In this document: piece after piece, positions 28,828-39,138 of the stretch
Layout: every line of letters begins with the position of its first letter
How positions within the stretch are numbered: the stretch's first letter is position 1
Source: Yoonia sp.
Lineage (GTDB): Bacteria; Pseudomonadota; Alphaproteobacteria; Rhodobacterales; Rhodobacteraceae
Assembly: GCA_965658825.1 (NCBI GenBank)
Contig: CBFHTU010000010.1
Coordinates: forward strand, 13,866-77,865
DNA: 64,000 bases
Reading direction: 5' to 3'
Position numbers and translations under genes: made by a program
The notes under the pieces: generated by a model
The model's input: only the letters and a program-made list of their open reading frames with translations
Databases searched by the model: none
Told to the model about the DNA's origin: nothing

Positions 28828-29009
28828 AGTGGTGTTCCCTTTGGTCACATGAATGGGCCTTTTGCGCAGTCATATCCCAAGGGCCGTCGGGTCAAAAGCG
28901 CCAAAACGACGCGATATGATGCGGACGCGCCCCTGCTTGTTTCCGATAGACGCCTTGCGTTTCGCTGCCGAACTTGGGACAAATATTTGACTGACAAAGG
29001 AATTTACCA

Positions 29010-29774
29010 ATGGCTCGTCCCAAAATTGCCTTTACGGCCAGTGCAGCCCCTCTTGCCCAAGAGGCTTGCGCGGAACTGATTGCCTTGCACGGCAATGTGC
29101 CGATGCAAGATGCGGCCGTGATCGTGGCCTTGGGGGGCGACGGGTTTATGCTGCAAACCCTGCATGCGACCCAAGATTTGGCCGCCCCTGTTTACGGCAT
29201 GAACCGCGGCACGGTCGGGTTCTTGATGAATGAGTTCCACGCCGACGATTTGCCCGAGCGGCTGGCGGAGGCGGTGGAAGAGGTGATCAACCCGCTCGTA
29301 ATGATCGCTCAATGTGTCGACGGATCCGAGCACAAGGCCTTGGCGATCAACGAGGTCAGCTTACTGCGTGCTGGCCCGCAGGCCGCGAAATTGCGGATCA
29401 CGGTCGACGGCAAATTGCGGATGGCGGAATTGGTCTGCGACGGCGCTTTAGTTGCGACCCCGGCCGGATCGACCGCCTATAACTTTTCCGCCCACGGCCC
29501 GATCCTGCCCATTGGATCGGACGTGCTTGCACTGACAGCCATGGCCGCGTTTCGCCCGCGCCGTTGGCGCGGTGCCTTGCTACCCAAGAGTGCGGTCGTG
29601 CGCTTTGACGTGATCGACCCTGAAAAGCGCCCCGTGATGGCCGATGCGGATGGTAAATCGGTGCGGGATGTTCTAAGCGTCGAAATCCGCTCCGAACCTG
29701 CGGTTTCCCATCGCATCCTATTTGATCCGGGTCACGGGTTGGAAGAGCGGTTGATCAGCGAACAGTTCAACTAG
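29010..29774 (+). CDS. nadK: NAD kinase
   Basis: VIVALGGDGFMLQTLH and TPAGSTAYNFSAHGPI motifs. 254 aa. Confidence 0.9.
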   Translation: MARPKIAFTASAAPLAQEACAELIALHGNVPMQDAAVIVALGGDGFMLQTLHATQDLAAPVYGMNRGTVGFLMNEFHADDLPERLAEAVEEVINPLVMIAQCVDGSEHKALAINEVSLLRAGPQAAKLRITVDGKLRMAELVCDGALVATPAGSTAYNFSAHGPILPIGSDVLALTAMAAFRPRRWRGALLPKSAVVRFDVIDPEKRPVMADADGKSVRDVLSVEIRSEPAVSHRILFDPGHGLEERLISEQFN

Positions 29775-30316
29775 GCGATTTGTGCCTTTGAGAAGGTCCA
29801 GTCGGGGCGGTGCCCTTTGAGGTGGATGTTCACAAAGGTCTCGGGATTGTCCGCCAAAAAGGCCAGCAGAGAAGGCGCGGCGCGGAGCTGTTCACATAGC
29901 AAATCATATGCCGTCTGCAATCGCATGACCCGCGCGACATAGGCGGTATCGTCTTCATTGCGGCGCTGCGTGATCTGATGCGGTGCGGGGGCAAGCGGGT
30001 TGCCTGCATGGGTTGTATAGGCCAAGCTGACCTGCATTGCGGGAAGCGCGATGGGTGTGGGCGACGTATTTTGCAGGACAAACCACAGGTCCGGATAGCC
30101 GTTGGCGTCCGTAATCACCTCAAACGCCCCTGACACAGGCAAGGCGCGCGGCTGCTTTCCAGCCGCGAGCCTTTTGTCCCAGAGGATAACGCCCACAACA
30201 AAAACGCCAAGTGCCGCCAGAACGAAAGGCAGCGGGAGCCCGAGCCGTGAAATCACAAGGCTCAGAAACACCACGATGGCATAGAATTGCCACGGCAGTT
30301 TGGCGTTTTTATGCAT
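29771..30316 (-). CDS. hypothetical membrane protein
   Basis: Two N-terminal TM helices followed by a soluble domain. I recognise no family. Tightly packed between nadK and prpE. Confidence 0.6.
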   Translation of the reverse strand: MHKNAKLPWQFYAIVVFLSLVISRLGLPLPFVLAALGVFVVGVILWDKRLAAGKQPRALPVSGAFEVITDANGYPDLWFVLQNTSPTPIALPAMQVSLAYTTHAGNPLAPAPHQITQRRNEDDTAYVARVMRLQTAYDLLCEQLRAAPSLLAFLADNPETFVNIHLKGHRPDWTFSKAQIA

Positions 30317-30317
30317 C

Positions 30318-32210
30318 CTAGTCTTTCGCGTATCCCATTGGCTGAAGTGCGGCCTTGATCTCGTCCAGGATCGCCGGATCGTCGATCGTCGCGGGCATTT
30401 TGAACGGCGCGCTATCTGCGATTTTCACCATTGTCGCGCGCAGGATCTTGCCCGACCGCGTTTTGGGCAGCCGGTCCACGACCGTGATCAGTTTGAAGGC
30501 AGCGACGGGGCCGATCTGGTCGCGCACGAGCTTGATGCAGTCTGCCTTGATCTCGTCGTCGGTCTTGGTCGTGCCGTTGTTCGTGCAGACAAACCCCAAG
30601 GGCAATTGTCCCTTTAGCTCGTCCGTGACCCCGATCACGGCGCATTCGGCCACGTCGGGATGACCCGCGAGGACCTCTTCCATAGCGCCCGTCGAGAGGC
30701 GGTGACCCGCGACGTTGATCACATCATCAGTGCGCGCCATGATATAGAGATAGCCGTCTTCGTCGATCAGCCCTGCATCGCCCGTCTCGTAGTAGCCGGG
30801 GAAGGTGGTGAGGTAGGATTTCACGAACCGCTCTTCGGCGTTCCAGAGCGTCGGCAATGTGCCCGGCGGCAGTGGCAGTTTGATCGCAATCGCGCCCAAT
30901 TCGCCTGCTTTCATCGGGTGGCCCGCTTCGTCCAGAATCTGCACGTCGTAGCCTGGCATGGCGACCGTGGGTGAGCCGATCTTGACAGGAAGCGCCTCGA
31001 TCCCCGCAGGGTTGCCCGCGATCGTATAGCCTGTTTCGGTCTGCCACCAATGGTCGTAGACCGGCACGCCCATGATATTCTGCGCCCAGATGATCGTATC
31101 AGGATCGGCCCGTTCGCCTGCGAGGTAAAGCGCGCGCAGGCAGGAGATATCGTATTTCTTGATCTCGCGGCCCTTCGGGTCCTCACGCTTGATCGCGCGG
31201 AATGCGGTGGGGGCCGTAAAGAACGAGCGCACCTGATGCTCTTCAATCACGCGCCAGAAGGTGCCCGCGTCAGGCGTGCCAATCGGCTTGCCCTCGAACA
31301 CGACAGTGGTGATGCCTGCGATCAAAGGACCATAGCAAATGTAGGAATGCCCCACGACCCAGCCCACGTCGGAGGCGGCCCAAAAGACCTCGCCTTGGTT
31401 GACGTTATAGATAGATTTCATGGTCCAGTTTAGCGCAACCAGATGGCCCGCAGTCGGGCGCACGACGCCCTTAGGCGCGCCAGTGGTGCCAGAGGTATAA
31501 AGGATATAGGCGGGGTGGTCGCCCGAGACGGGCACGCAATCAGCAGGGGTCACGCCCTCTTGCACGTCGTGCCAGTCAAAGTCGCGGCCTGGGGTTAGGT
31601 CACACTTATGCTGCTCGCGCTGCAAAATGACGGTGAAGTCCGGCTTGTGCTTGGACTGTTCAATCGCGCCATCGATTAGCGGCTTATAGGCCACAATACG
31701 GTTCGGCTCTAATCCGCAAGAGGCGGCAATGATCGCCTTGGGGGTGGCGTCGTCGATCCGTACTGCAAGCTCATGGGCAGCAAAGCCGCCGAAGACGACG
31801 GAATGCACCGCACCGATACGGGCACAGGCGAGCATGGCCACAAGGGCTTCGGTCACCATCGGCATATAGATGATGACACGGTCGCCCGCGACGATACCCT
31901 TGGCTTGCAGGGCGCCCGCGAGGTTTGCGGTCATCGTTTGCAATTCGGCAAAGCTGGTTTTGGATTTATTGCCGGTGATCGGGCTGTCATAGATGATCGC
32001 GGTCTGATCGCCACGCCCCGCCTCAACGTGGCGGTCCACGGCGTTGTAGCAGGCGTTGACGCGGGCGTCTTTGAACCATTCGTAGAGGGGGGCGTTTTCG
32101 GCGTGCAGGGCGCGTGTCGGCGCCTTGTCCCACGAGATTGCGCTCGCCTGTTTCATCCAGAATGCCTCTGGATCGTCCTGCCAGCTTTTGTAAACCTCTG
32201 CGTAGCCCAT
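30318..32210 (-). CDS. prpE: propionate--CoA ligase (acetyl/propionyl-CoA synthetase family)
   Basis: 630 aa. YKSWQDDPEAFW N-terminus, YTSGTTGAPKG AMP-binding motif and C-terminal PKTRSGKILR. Confidence 0.85.
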   Translation of the reverse strand: MGYAEVYKSWQDDPEAFWMKQASAISWDKAPTRALHAENAPLYEWFKDARVNACYNAVDRHVEAGRGDQTAIIYDSPITGNKSKTSFAELQTMTANLAGALQAKGIVAGDRVIIYMPMVTEALVAMLACARIGAVHSVVFGGFAAHELAVRIDDATPKAIIAASCGLEPNRIVAYKPLIDGAIEQSKHKPDFTVILQREQHKCDLTPGRDFDWHDVQEGVTPADCVPVSGDHPAYILYTSGTTGAPKGVVRPTAGHLVALNWTMKSIYNVNQGEVFWAASDVGWVVGHSYICYGPLIAGITTVVFEGKPIGTPDAGTFWRVIEEHQVRSFFTAPTAFRAIKREDPKGREIKKYDISCLRALYLAGERADPDTIIWAQNIMGVPVYDHWWQTETGYTIAGNPAGIEALPVKIGSPTVAMPGYDVQILDEAGHPMKAGELGAIAIKLPLPPGTLPTLWNAEERFVKSYLTTFPGYYETGDAGLIDEDGYLYIMARTDDVINVAGHRLSTGAMEEVLAGHPDVAECAVIGVTDELKGQLPLGFVCTNNGTTKTDDEIKADCIKLVRDQIGPVAAFKLITVVDRLPKTRSGKILRATMVKIADSAPFKMPATIDDPAILDEIKAALQPMGYAKD

Positions 32211-32299
32211 GTTTCATCCTCCCAAATGTTGTGCTGTCAAAGGTGTAAGCAGCAGTCTGACTGTGGGCAAGCTTGGTTTCGGCGCTAACGGAAAAACAA

Positions 32300-32315
32300 T
32301 GTCAATTTGTTGACA
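32300..32315. promoter_or_regulatory. palindrome TGTCAA-TTTG-TTGACA in an AT-rich spacer upstream of prpE
   Basis: Perfect 6-bp arms; each arm reads TTGACA outward. About 90 nt upstream of the prpE start. Function unknown. Confidence 0.25.
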
Positions 32316-32471
32316 ATGCAACTTCTATGGGCCGATCGTGGGCGCTGTTTTTGGCCTTTCGCGATATTTTCGATCCCTACAGTGTAAAAAGTAGAAATTT
32401 AATTTCTAAATTCACTCGCGCCACGCAATATCTGAAAATATAATTTGCTTTTTACGGCGAGATTGGTAAGG

Positions 32472-32619
32472 ATGGTGTCACAGGACGACACTGTGCCGCC
32501 TCTGCTTTTCAGGAGCATTACCATTGGACAAACACGGCAAACCCCTCAAGAAAAAACGGCAGCCCTCGCCGCCACCCGCAATGGCTATCACGCCAACGAA
32601 AGTGACGCCTAAAAAGTAA
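32472..32619 (+). other. candidate small ORF(s) or sRNA body of an orphan plus-strand transcription unit
   Basis: Two overlapping short frames. Frame A: AGGAG(32511-15)-N8-TTG 32524..32619, 31 aa, MDKHGKPLKKKRQPSPPPAMAITPTKVTPKK. Frame B: ATG 32472..32612, 46 aa, MVSQDDTVPPLLFRSITIGQTRQTPQEKTAALAATRNGYHANESDA. A plus-strand terminator follows. Confidence 0.3.
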
Positions 32620-32659
32620 CGAAGTGAGTTGAGATTGTCGGATTTCAACTGAAGTGGAG

Positions 32660-32688
32660 CGGGATGGCCCCAAGAGCCATCCCGTTTT
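32660..32688 (+). terminator. Rho-independent terminator oriented for the plus strand
   Basis: CGGGATGGC/GCCATCCCG form a 9-bp stem with a 7-nt loop, then TTTT on the plus strand. The minus-strand reading has no U-tract although it abuts the maeB stop. Confidence 0.65.
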
Positions 32689-32691
32689 CTG

Positions 32692-34977
32692 TTAGCCGTA
32701 GTGCGCCACAGGCGTGCCAGCAATCGCCGACATATTGAGCAAACCGCGCGGTGTGATGGACGGCGTTACGATGTGCGCACGGTTGCCCATGCCCATCAGG
32801 ATCGGCCCAACCTCAAGCCCGCCGCCCTTCATTTTCAAGATGTTGCGCACGCCAGAGGCCGCATCCGTATTGGCAAACACAAGCACGTTCGCAGGGCCGG
32901 GCAAATGCGCGGCAGGGAAGACGCGATTGCGCAGTTCGACATCAAGGGCCGCGTCAATATGCATTTCGCCCTCGTAATCAAAGTCGCGCGGTTGACTATC
33001 AAGGATCGCCATCGCGGCCCGCATGCGGCGCCCTGTATCGCAATCAAGGTTGCCGAATTGACTATGTGAGCACAGCGCAATTTTCGGCGTTACACCAAAG
33101 CGGCGCACATGGCGTGCGGCACCGATCACCGTCTCTGCAATCTGTTCAGGCGTGGGTTCCGGGTGGACTTGGGTATCCGCGATGAAAAGCGGACCATCCT
33201 CCAAAATCATCAGCGAAAGGGCTGCAACAGGGTGCAGGTCTTGGTTGCCAAGAATTTGCGTCACATAGTTCAGGTGCCACAGAAACTGGCCAAAGGTGCC
33301 ACAGATCAGGCTGTCCGCCTCGCCGCGCTGCACCATGACCGCGCCAATCGCAGTGGTGTTGGTGCGCATGATTGCCTTGGCCAGATCAGGGGTTACACCT
33401 TTACGCGCCATGATGTCGTGGTAGGTGTTCCAGTAATCATAGTAGCGCGGATCATTTTCGGGGTTCACGATCTCAAAATCCACCAACGGGCGGATTTTCA
33501 GTCCAGCACGCTCGCAGCGCCGCTCGATCACCTCGGGGCGGCCGATCAGGATCGGTTTGTCGGTCGTTTCTTCCATAATCGCTTGTGCCGCACGCAAGAC
33601 GCGTTCGTCCTCGCCCTCGGCAAAGACGATGTTGCGCGCGACCGTGCGGGCGGCATCGAAGACAGGACGCATGATCATCGCGGATTTAAACACAGATCCG
33701 TCGAGACCCTTCTTATAGGCGTCCATGTCGGCAATCGGGCGCTTGGCAATACCGGTCTCAATCGCGGCGCGGGCCACGGCGCTGGCGACCACGCCCATGA
33801 GGCGCGGATCAAATGGCTTGGGGATCAGGTAATCGGCGCCAAAGGTGAGCTTTTCACCCGAATAGGCGGCGGCGGCCTCGGCGCTTGTGGTCATGCGGGC
33901 CAGTTCGGCGATGCCTTCGACGCACGCGATCTTCATCTCGTCGTTGATGTCGGTCGCGCCGACGTCCAGCGCACCACGGAAGATGAAGGGGAAGCAGAGA
34001 ACGTTGTTCACCTGATTGGGGAAATCCGAGCGGCCCGTCGCGATGATGGCCTTGGGGTTCACGGCACGCGCGGCCTCTGGGTCGATCTCGGGGTTCGGGT
34101 TGGCAAGCGCAAAGATGATCGGCACGTCGGCCATTTTTGCGACCATCTCTGGCTTAAGCACGCCCGGACCAGAGAGGCCCAGAAAGAGGTCGGCGCCTTC
34201 AATCACATCGCCTAGCGTGGCGAGGGTGGTGCCCTGTGCATATTCGGTCTTCTGTGGCGTCATGTCCTTTTCGCGGCCATGATAGACCAGACCTTCGATA
34301 TCACATAACCATACATTTTCGCGCTTAACGCCCAGCTTAAGCAGCATATTGAGACAGGCGATGCCTGCAGCGCCGCCGCCGGTGGAGACGATTTTAATCT
34401 CCTCGAATTTCTTTCCTGCCACGCGTAGCGCGTTTGTGGCTGCGGCACCAACCACAATTGCGGTGCCGTGCTGATCGTCGTGGAAGACAGGAATATTCAT
34501 CCGCTCGCGGCAGATTTTCTCGACAATAAAGCAGTCGGGTGCCTTGATGTCTTCGAGGTTGATCGCACCAAATGTCGGCTCCAGCGCACAGACCAGATCG
34601 GCGAGCTTTTCAGGATCCGCTTCGTTGAGTTCGATATCGAAGCAGTCGATATTGGCGAACTTCTTGAACAGAACGGCCTTGCCCTCCATCACGGGCTTGG
34701 AGGCCAATGCGCCGATGTTGCCAAGGCCCAAAACAGCAGTGCCGTTGGTCACAACACCCACAAGATTGCCGCGCACGGTATAGTCGCGGGCGGTGTCGGG
34801 GTTCACTTTGATTTCCAGACAGGCCTCTGCCACGCCGGGGGAGTAGGCGCGCGAGAGGTCACGACCATTGGCCAGCGGCTTTGTCGCGCGAATTTCTAAC
34901 TTACCGGGCTTGGGAAACTGGTGGTAATCTAGCGCCGCCTGACGCGCGCGGTCGCGATCATGTGAATCATCAGCCAT
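32692..34977 (-). CDS. maeB: NADP-dependent malic enzyme (malic enzyme + PTA-like domain)
   Basis: [34 protein letters not shown]..., 761 aa with a C-terminal phosphate acetyltransferase-like domain. Confidence 0.95.
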   Translation of the reverse strand: MADDSHDRDRARQAALDYHQFPKPGKLEIRATKPLANGRDLSRAYSPGVAEACLEIKVNPDTARDYTVRGNLVGVVTNGTAVLGLGNIGALASKPVMEGKAVLFKKFANIDCFDIELNEADPEKLADLVCALEPTFGAINLEDIKAPDCFIVEKICRERMNIPVFHDDQHGTAIVVGAAATNALRVAGKKFEEIKIVSTGGGAAGIACLNMLLKLGVKRENVWLCDIEGLVYHGREKDMTPQKTEYAQGTTLATLGDVIEGADLFLGLSGPGVLKPEMVAKMADVPIIFALANPNPEIDPEAARAVNPKAIIATGRSDFPNQVNNVLCFPFIFRGALDVGATDINDEMKIACVEGIAELARMTTSAEAAAAYSGEKLTFGADYLIPKPFDPRLMGVVASAVARAAIETGIAKRPIADMDAYKKGLDGSVFKSAMIMRPVFDAARTVARNIVFAEGEDERVLRAAQAIMEETTDKPILIGRPEVIERRCERAGLKIRPLVDFEIVNPENDPRYYDYWNTYHDIMARKGVTPDLAKAIMRTNTTAIGAVMVQRGEADSLICGTFGQFLWHLNYVTQILGNQDLHPVAALSLMILEDGPLFIADTQVHPEPTPEQIAETVIGAARHVRRFGVTPKIALCSHSQFGNLDCDTGRRMRAAMAILDSQPRDFDYEGEMHIDAALDVELRNRVFPAAHLPGPANVLVFANTDAASGVRNILKMKGGGLEVGPILMGMGNRAHIVTPSITPRGLLNMSAIAGTPVAHYG

Positions 34978-35107
34978 TTTCTGTCTCTCCCGATCAATGT
35001 AGTTTAACGTTAAACTACTTTTCTGCCCTGGGGGCAAGCCTCGCCCCATGAATAAGCATGTATTGATGGCGCTTGCAAATTTATCTACGTCGCGACAGGT
35101 TTATACG

Positions 35108-36190
35108 ATGAGACAGTCCATTGAAGTACGCGCCCAAGTGCGCCTTGCCACATCTGATCTACGCGCCGACATCGGGTTTTTCACCAAGGTGTTGGGGATG
35201 CGCATGGATATGATTTATCCCGCCGATGATCCGGCGGTTGCGGTGTTCTCGGGGCACGGCTTGCGGGTGCGGCTGGAAACCGGCGGAATCGCGGGACATA
35301 TCACGATCCTGACGAATGATCCTGATTTTGCCAGTGGGAACAAGTCGTTGATGTCGCCGGGTGGCACAAAAGTGACCGTCGAGGCGTTGAACCCGCCGCT
35401 CGTTTTGCCCGATACCGATCACGCTTTTGTCGTGCGCAGACTTGCAGATCAGGCACCTTGGGTGATTGGCCGCGCGGGCATGCAGTACCGCGATTTGATC
35501 CCGTCGCGTCTTGGTGGCTCGATTATCGCGAGCCATATTCGGATTCCTGACGGCGGCCCCGTGCCTGATATGGTGCATTTCCACCGTGTCGGGTTCCAGC
35601 TGATCTATTGCTATCGCGGCTGGGTCGATGTGGTTTACGAGGATCAGGGTGATCCGATCCGCCTGACTGCAGGTGATTGTTTTATCCAACCGCCTGAAAT
35701 CCGCCACCGCGTGCTAGAGGCCTCTGACGGGATCGAGGTGATCGAGGTCGGTGTGCCGGCTGAACATATCACCGAAATCGACCATGAGATGACCCTGCCG
35801 ACCCCGCATCTGCGGCCCGACCGCGAGTGGCAGGGGCAGAAGTTTGTGCATAACGTCGGGGCCGATGCCACGTTTAAACCGTTTCGTCTCAAGGGTTTTC
35901 AAGCGCGCGATACGACGATTGCCAAGAACACCAAAGGTGTCGCTGGCGTGCAGGTAGTGTCGCGCGGGCTGGGTGATCCTGTTTGGTCCAAGCATGACGC
36001 GGACATTCATTTTACTTTTGTTTTAGAAGGAGAAATGACGCTTGAAGGCGAAGGGAAAGAGCCATACCGCCTGAGCGCAGGGGATGCATTCGTCATCCCG
36101 CCGCAGATGATGACGCGTTATAGCGACCCAAGCGATGATATTGCGTTACTCGAAGTCTCATTGCCGGGGTTGTTCACCACGTTCTCCTGA
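35108..36190 (+). CDS. cupin domain-containing protein (VOC-like N-terminus + two cupin barrels)
   Basis: Start at ATG 35108 (MRQSIEVRAQ...). Two cupin-like segments (HFHRVGFQLIYCYRGW..., IHFTFVLEGEMTLEGEG...). Confidence 0.7.
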   Translation: MRQSIEVRAQVRLATSDLRADIGFFTKVLGMRMDMIYPADDPAVAVFSGHGLRVRLETGGIAGHITILTNDPDFASGNKSLMSPGGTKVTVEALNPPLVLPDTDHAFVVRRLADQAPWVIGRAGMQYRDLIPSRLGGSIIASHIRIPDGGPVPDMVHFHRVGFQLIYCYRGWVDVVYEDQGDPIRLTAGDCFIQPPEIRHRVLEASDGIEVIEVGVPAEHITEIDHEMTLPTPHLRPDREWQGQKFVHNVGADATFKPFRLKGFQARDTTIAKNTKGVAGVQVVSRGLGDPVWSKHDADIHFTFVLEGEMTLEGEGKEPYRLSAGDAFVIPPQMMTRYSDPSDDIALLEVSLPGLFTTFS

Positions 36191-36244
36191 CTTGCAAACC
36201 TCTGACCAAACGGTCAAACTTGAGGCCAATACAGGAGCTGCCCA

Positions 36245-36637
36245 ATGAGTTTGTTAGACACCGCACGCGCTGTGCGCGGAAACGCCCACGCCCCTTATTC
36301 GAAGTTCAAAGTGGGGGCGGCGATACGCGCCACAACAGGCACGGTATACTCAGGCTGTAACGTTGAAAATGTGGCCTATCCCGAAGGGACATGCGCCGAG
36401 GCAGGCGCGATTGCCGCCATGATTGCAGGTGGCGACAAGCGCATCGCCGAAATCGCTGTGATCGCAGATAGCCCGCAACCCGTAAGCCCCTGCGGGGGCT
36501 GTCGCCAGAAGATCGCAGAATTCGCAGATGGTGATGTGGTTGTAACATTGCACACGACTGACGGCGCGATGCTGCAGACGACGGTTTCCGCGCTGCTGCC
36601 TGGGGTATTCGACGCCGACTACATGAGCCGCGTGTAG
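36245..36637 (+). CDS. cdd: cytidine deaminase
   Basis: Zinc motifs CAEAGAI and PCGGCRQ. 130 aa. Confidence 0.9.
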   Translation: MSLLDTARAVRGNAHAPYSKFKVGAAIRATTGTVYSGCNVENVAYPEGTCAEAGAIAAMIAGGDKRIAEIAVIADSPQPVSPCGGCRQKIAEFADGDVVVTLHTTDGAMLQTTVSALLPGVFDADYMSRV

Positions 36638-36640
36638 CCG

Positions 36641-37942
36641 ATGGACGCCCGCGCCATCATCGCCAAAGTCAGGCGCGAGGAGACCCCTTCCGACGCGGAA
36701 CTTACTTGGTTTACCAAAGGCTTGGCGACAGGTTCTGTGTCTGACGCGCAAGCGGGTGCCTTTGCCATGGCTGTGTGTTTAAACGGCCTGTCCGACGCGG
36801 GGCGCATCGCGCTCACCAAGGGGATGCGCGACAGCGGTGACGTGCTCAAATGGGATTTGGACGGCCCTGTTCTGGATAAACATTCGACGGGAGGCGTGGG
36901 CGATCCTGTGTCGCTTTTGCTGGCGCCCGCATTGGCGGCTTGCGGTGTTTTTGTGCCGATGATCTCGGGGCGGGGCTTGGGGCATACCGGCGGCACGCTT
37001 GATAAACTCGAAGCCATCCCTGGCGTTTCGACGGAGGTTTCCGCTGTGCAGCTTCAGCAGTTCCTGCGCAAAACTGGCTGCGCCATTGTGGGGGCAACAG
37101 CGGCAATTGCGCCCGCTGACAAGCGCCTTTATGCGATCCGCGACGTGACGGGCACTGTCGAAAGCGTGGATCTGATCACCGCGTCTATTCTGTCGAAAAA
37201 GCTGGCGGCTGGGTCGCAGGGCTTGGTGCTCGACGTGAAGGTCGGCTCTGGCGCCTTTATGAAGACCGAGGCCGAGGCCACAGCACTGGCGCGCGCCTTG
37301 GTCGATGTGGCCAACGGGGCAGGCTGCCCAACGGCCGCGCTGATCTCGGATATGGATGAACCTCTGGCCCCCGCACTTGGCAACGCTGTTGAGGTGGCGG
37401 TGTGTATGGAGGTTTTGAGCGGTAACAAACTCGCCGCCCCCCGCTTGCACGACCTGACCGTGGCGCTTGGTGCACGGCTTCTGGCGCTGCACGGAGAAGC
37501 CGAGGGCGAGGCGGAGGAGAAGCTGGCAGACGCCATCGCCTCAGGGCGCGCGATGACCCATTTCAGCGAGATGATTGCCCTGATGGGCGGCCCCCCTGAC
37601 ATGGCCGACGACTGGCGCACGCATCTGCCCAAGGCCCGCGTGATCGGTGACGTGGCCGCCCCGCAAGCGGGCTATATTGCGGCCATTGATGGCGAGGCTT
37701 TGGGCCTCGCTGTCGTGGGTCTTGGCGGCGGGCGCAGGGTCGAGACCGATAGGATTAATCCTGCAGTGGGGCTCACGGATATGGTCGCATTGGGCGCAAA
37801 AGTTGAACAAAACGAACATCTTTGCACAATTCACGCCGTAAGCGACGCAGACGCAGAAGAGGCCGCGCAGGCCATTTTGAAAGCGATTACGATCGGTGAA
37901 AAGCCAAAGATACAGCCGCTGATCCGCGAAAGGATTTCCTGA
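36641..37942 (+). CDS. deoA: thymidine phosphorylase
   Basis: DKHSTGGVGD and TGGTLDKLE motifs. 433 aa. Confidence 0.95.
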   Translation: MDARAIIAKVRREETPSDAELTWFTKGLATGSVSDAQAGAFAMAVCLNGLSDAGRIALTKGMRDSGDVLKWDLDGPVLDKHSTGGVGDPVSLLLAPALAACGVFVPMISGRGLGHTGGTLDKLEAIPGVSTEVSAVQLQQFLRKTGCAIVGATAAIAPADKRLYAIRDVTGTVESVDLITASILSKKLAAGSQGLVLDVKVGSGAFMKTEAEATALARALVDVANGAGCPTAALISDMDEPLAPALGNAVEVAVCMEVLSGNKLAAPRLHDLTVALGARLLALHGEAEGEAEEKLADAIASGRAMTHFSEMIALMGGPPDMADDWRTHLPKARVIGDVAAPQAGYIAAIDGEALGLAVVGLGGGRRVETDRINPAVGLTDMVALGAKVEQNEHLCTIHAVSDADAEEAAQAILKAITIGEKPKIQPLIRERIS

Positions 37943-37944
37943 AT

Positions 37945-39138
37945 ATGGCCCGTGCATTTCTGATTGTAATCGACAGTGTAGGGATCGGCGGAGCGCCAGA
38001 TGCGGACCGCTTCTTTAACGGGACATTGCCCGATACGGGGGCCAATACTGTTGGCCATATCGCGCAGGCTATGGCCGTGAATGGCACGCCGTTGGGCGTT
38101 CCAACGCTGGATAATTTGGGGCTGGGGGCGGCGATCACCTTGGCCTCGGGGCTGGTTCCCGCTGGATTGGACGCGACGCCTATAGGCGCTTGGGGGGCCG
38201 CGACCGAGGTCTCCAACGGGAAGGACACGCCCTCTGGCCACTGGGAGCTTGCGGGCGTGCCGGTGCCCTGGGAGTGGCACAGTTTCCCCACAACTGAACC
38301 CGCTTTCCCGCCTGAAATCACGGCGCTTATTTGCAGGGCTGCCGGCACCGAAGGAATCTTGGCGAACCGTCATGCTTCGGGGACAGAGGTGATCGACACA
38401 GAGGGCCCCGCGCATATGAAAACGGGGTGGCCGATCTGCTATACATCGGTGGATTCCGTGCTGCAGATTGCGGCCCATGAGGAGACGTTCGGGCGCGAGC
38501 GGCTGTTGAGACTTTGCGCAGATATCGCGCCGACCTTGCACGCGATGAAGGTCGGGCGGGTGATAGCACGCCCTTTCATCGGCGATGCGGAACACGGGTT
38601 TCAACGCACGGAATACCGCAAGGACTTTGCGATTGCGCCCCCGTCCGAGACGATCTGCGACGCCGTGCATCAAGCGGGGCATCCTGTTTATGCCGTTGGA
38701 AAGATAGAAGATATCTTCTCGATGCGCGGCATTGACGAGGTCCGCAAAGGCCGCGACGTCAAGCTGATGACACATCTCAATGATCTGGTCGACGAGGCCC
38801 CGGAGGGTGCCTTCGTCTTTGCCAATTTCGTCGAGTTCGATAGCGAATTCGGGCATCGGCGTGACGTGGCGGGTTACGCAAAACATCTGGAGTGGTTTGA
38901 CGCAGAGCTTGCGCAAACCCTGCCCAGATTGCGCGCAGGCGACCTTTTGATCATCACCGCAGACCACGGCAATGATCCCACTTGGTCGGGCACGGATCAT
39001 ACCCGCGAACGGGTGCCTGTGCTGGTGCATGGCATCGGCCCGAGGCCGCTCGGACTTCTCTCTTTTACCGATGTCGGGGCGACCGTCGCAGCCCACCTCG
39101 GCGTTCCCTATTCTGGCAAAGGACGCAGCTTCTTATGA
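37945..39138 (+). CDS. deoB: phosphopentomutase
   Basis: MARAFLIVIDSVGIGGAPDA...ITADHGNDPT. 397 aa. Confidence 0.95.
   Translation: MARAFLIVIDSVGIGGAPDADRFFNGTLPDTGANTVGHIAQAMAVNGTPLGVPTLDNLGLGAAITLASGLVPAGLDATPIGAWGAATEVSNGKDTPSGHWELAGVPVPWEWHSFPTTEPAFPPEITALICRAAGTEGILANRHASGTEVIDTEGPAHMKTGWPICYTSVDSVLQIAAHEETFGRERLLRLCADIAPTLHAMKVGRVIARPFIGDAEHGFQRTEYRKDFAIAPPSETICDAVHQAGHPVYAVGKIEDIFSMRGIDEVRKGRDVKLMTHLNDLVDEAPEGAFVFANFVEFDSEFGHRRDVAGYAKHLEWFDAELAQTLPRLRAGDLLIITADHGNDPTWSGTDHTRERVPVLVHGIGPRPLGLLSFTDVGATVAAHLGVPYSGKGRSFL

Noticed and set aside
28828-29009. Possible ZTP (pfl) or other riboswitch in the 180-nt glyA leader.
   Set aside because: Segments loosely resemble CCGAC.GCC.UGGG and UGACUG. 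They are in the wrong order and spacing for the ZTP fold, and the pseudoknot partners are not complementary. The 7-bp long-range complement I found is expected by chance. A covariance-model scan (Rfam) would settle it.
27508-29079. Very long ORFs antisense to real genes: 27508..29079, 33109..34215, 37831..39096, 43472..44686, 47405..49216 and 52884..54497.
   Set aside because: Each lies opposite a confidently recognised gene (glyA, maeB, deoB, acyl-CoA synthetase, FadB-like, acyl-CoA dehydrogenase). Their translations are Arg/His/Gly-rich low-information sequence. This is typical of stop-codon-poor shadow frames in high-GC DNA.
32478-32723. 81-aa minus-strand ORF in the prpE-maeB spacer.
   Set aside because: It overlaps the maeB 3' end and the plus-strand terminator hairpin. 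It has no RBS and an implausible composition.
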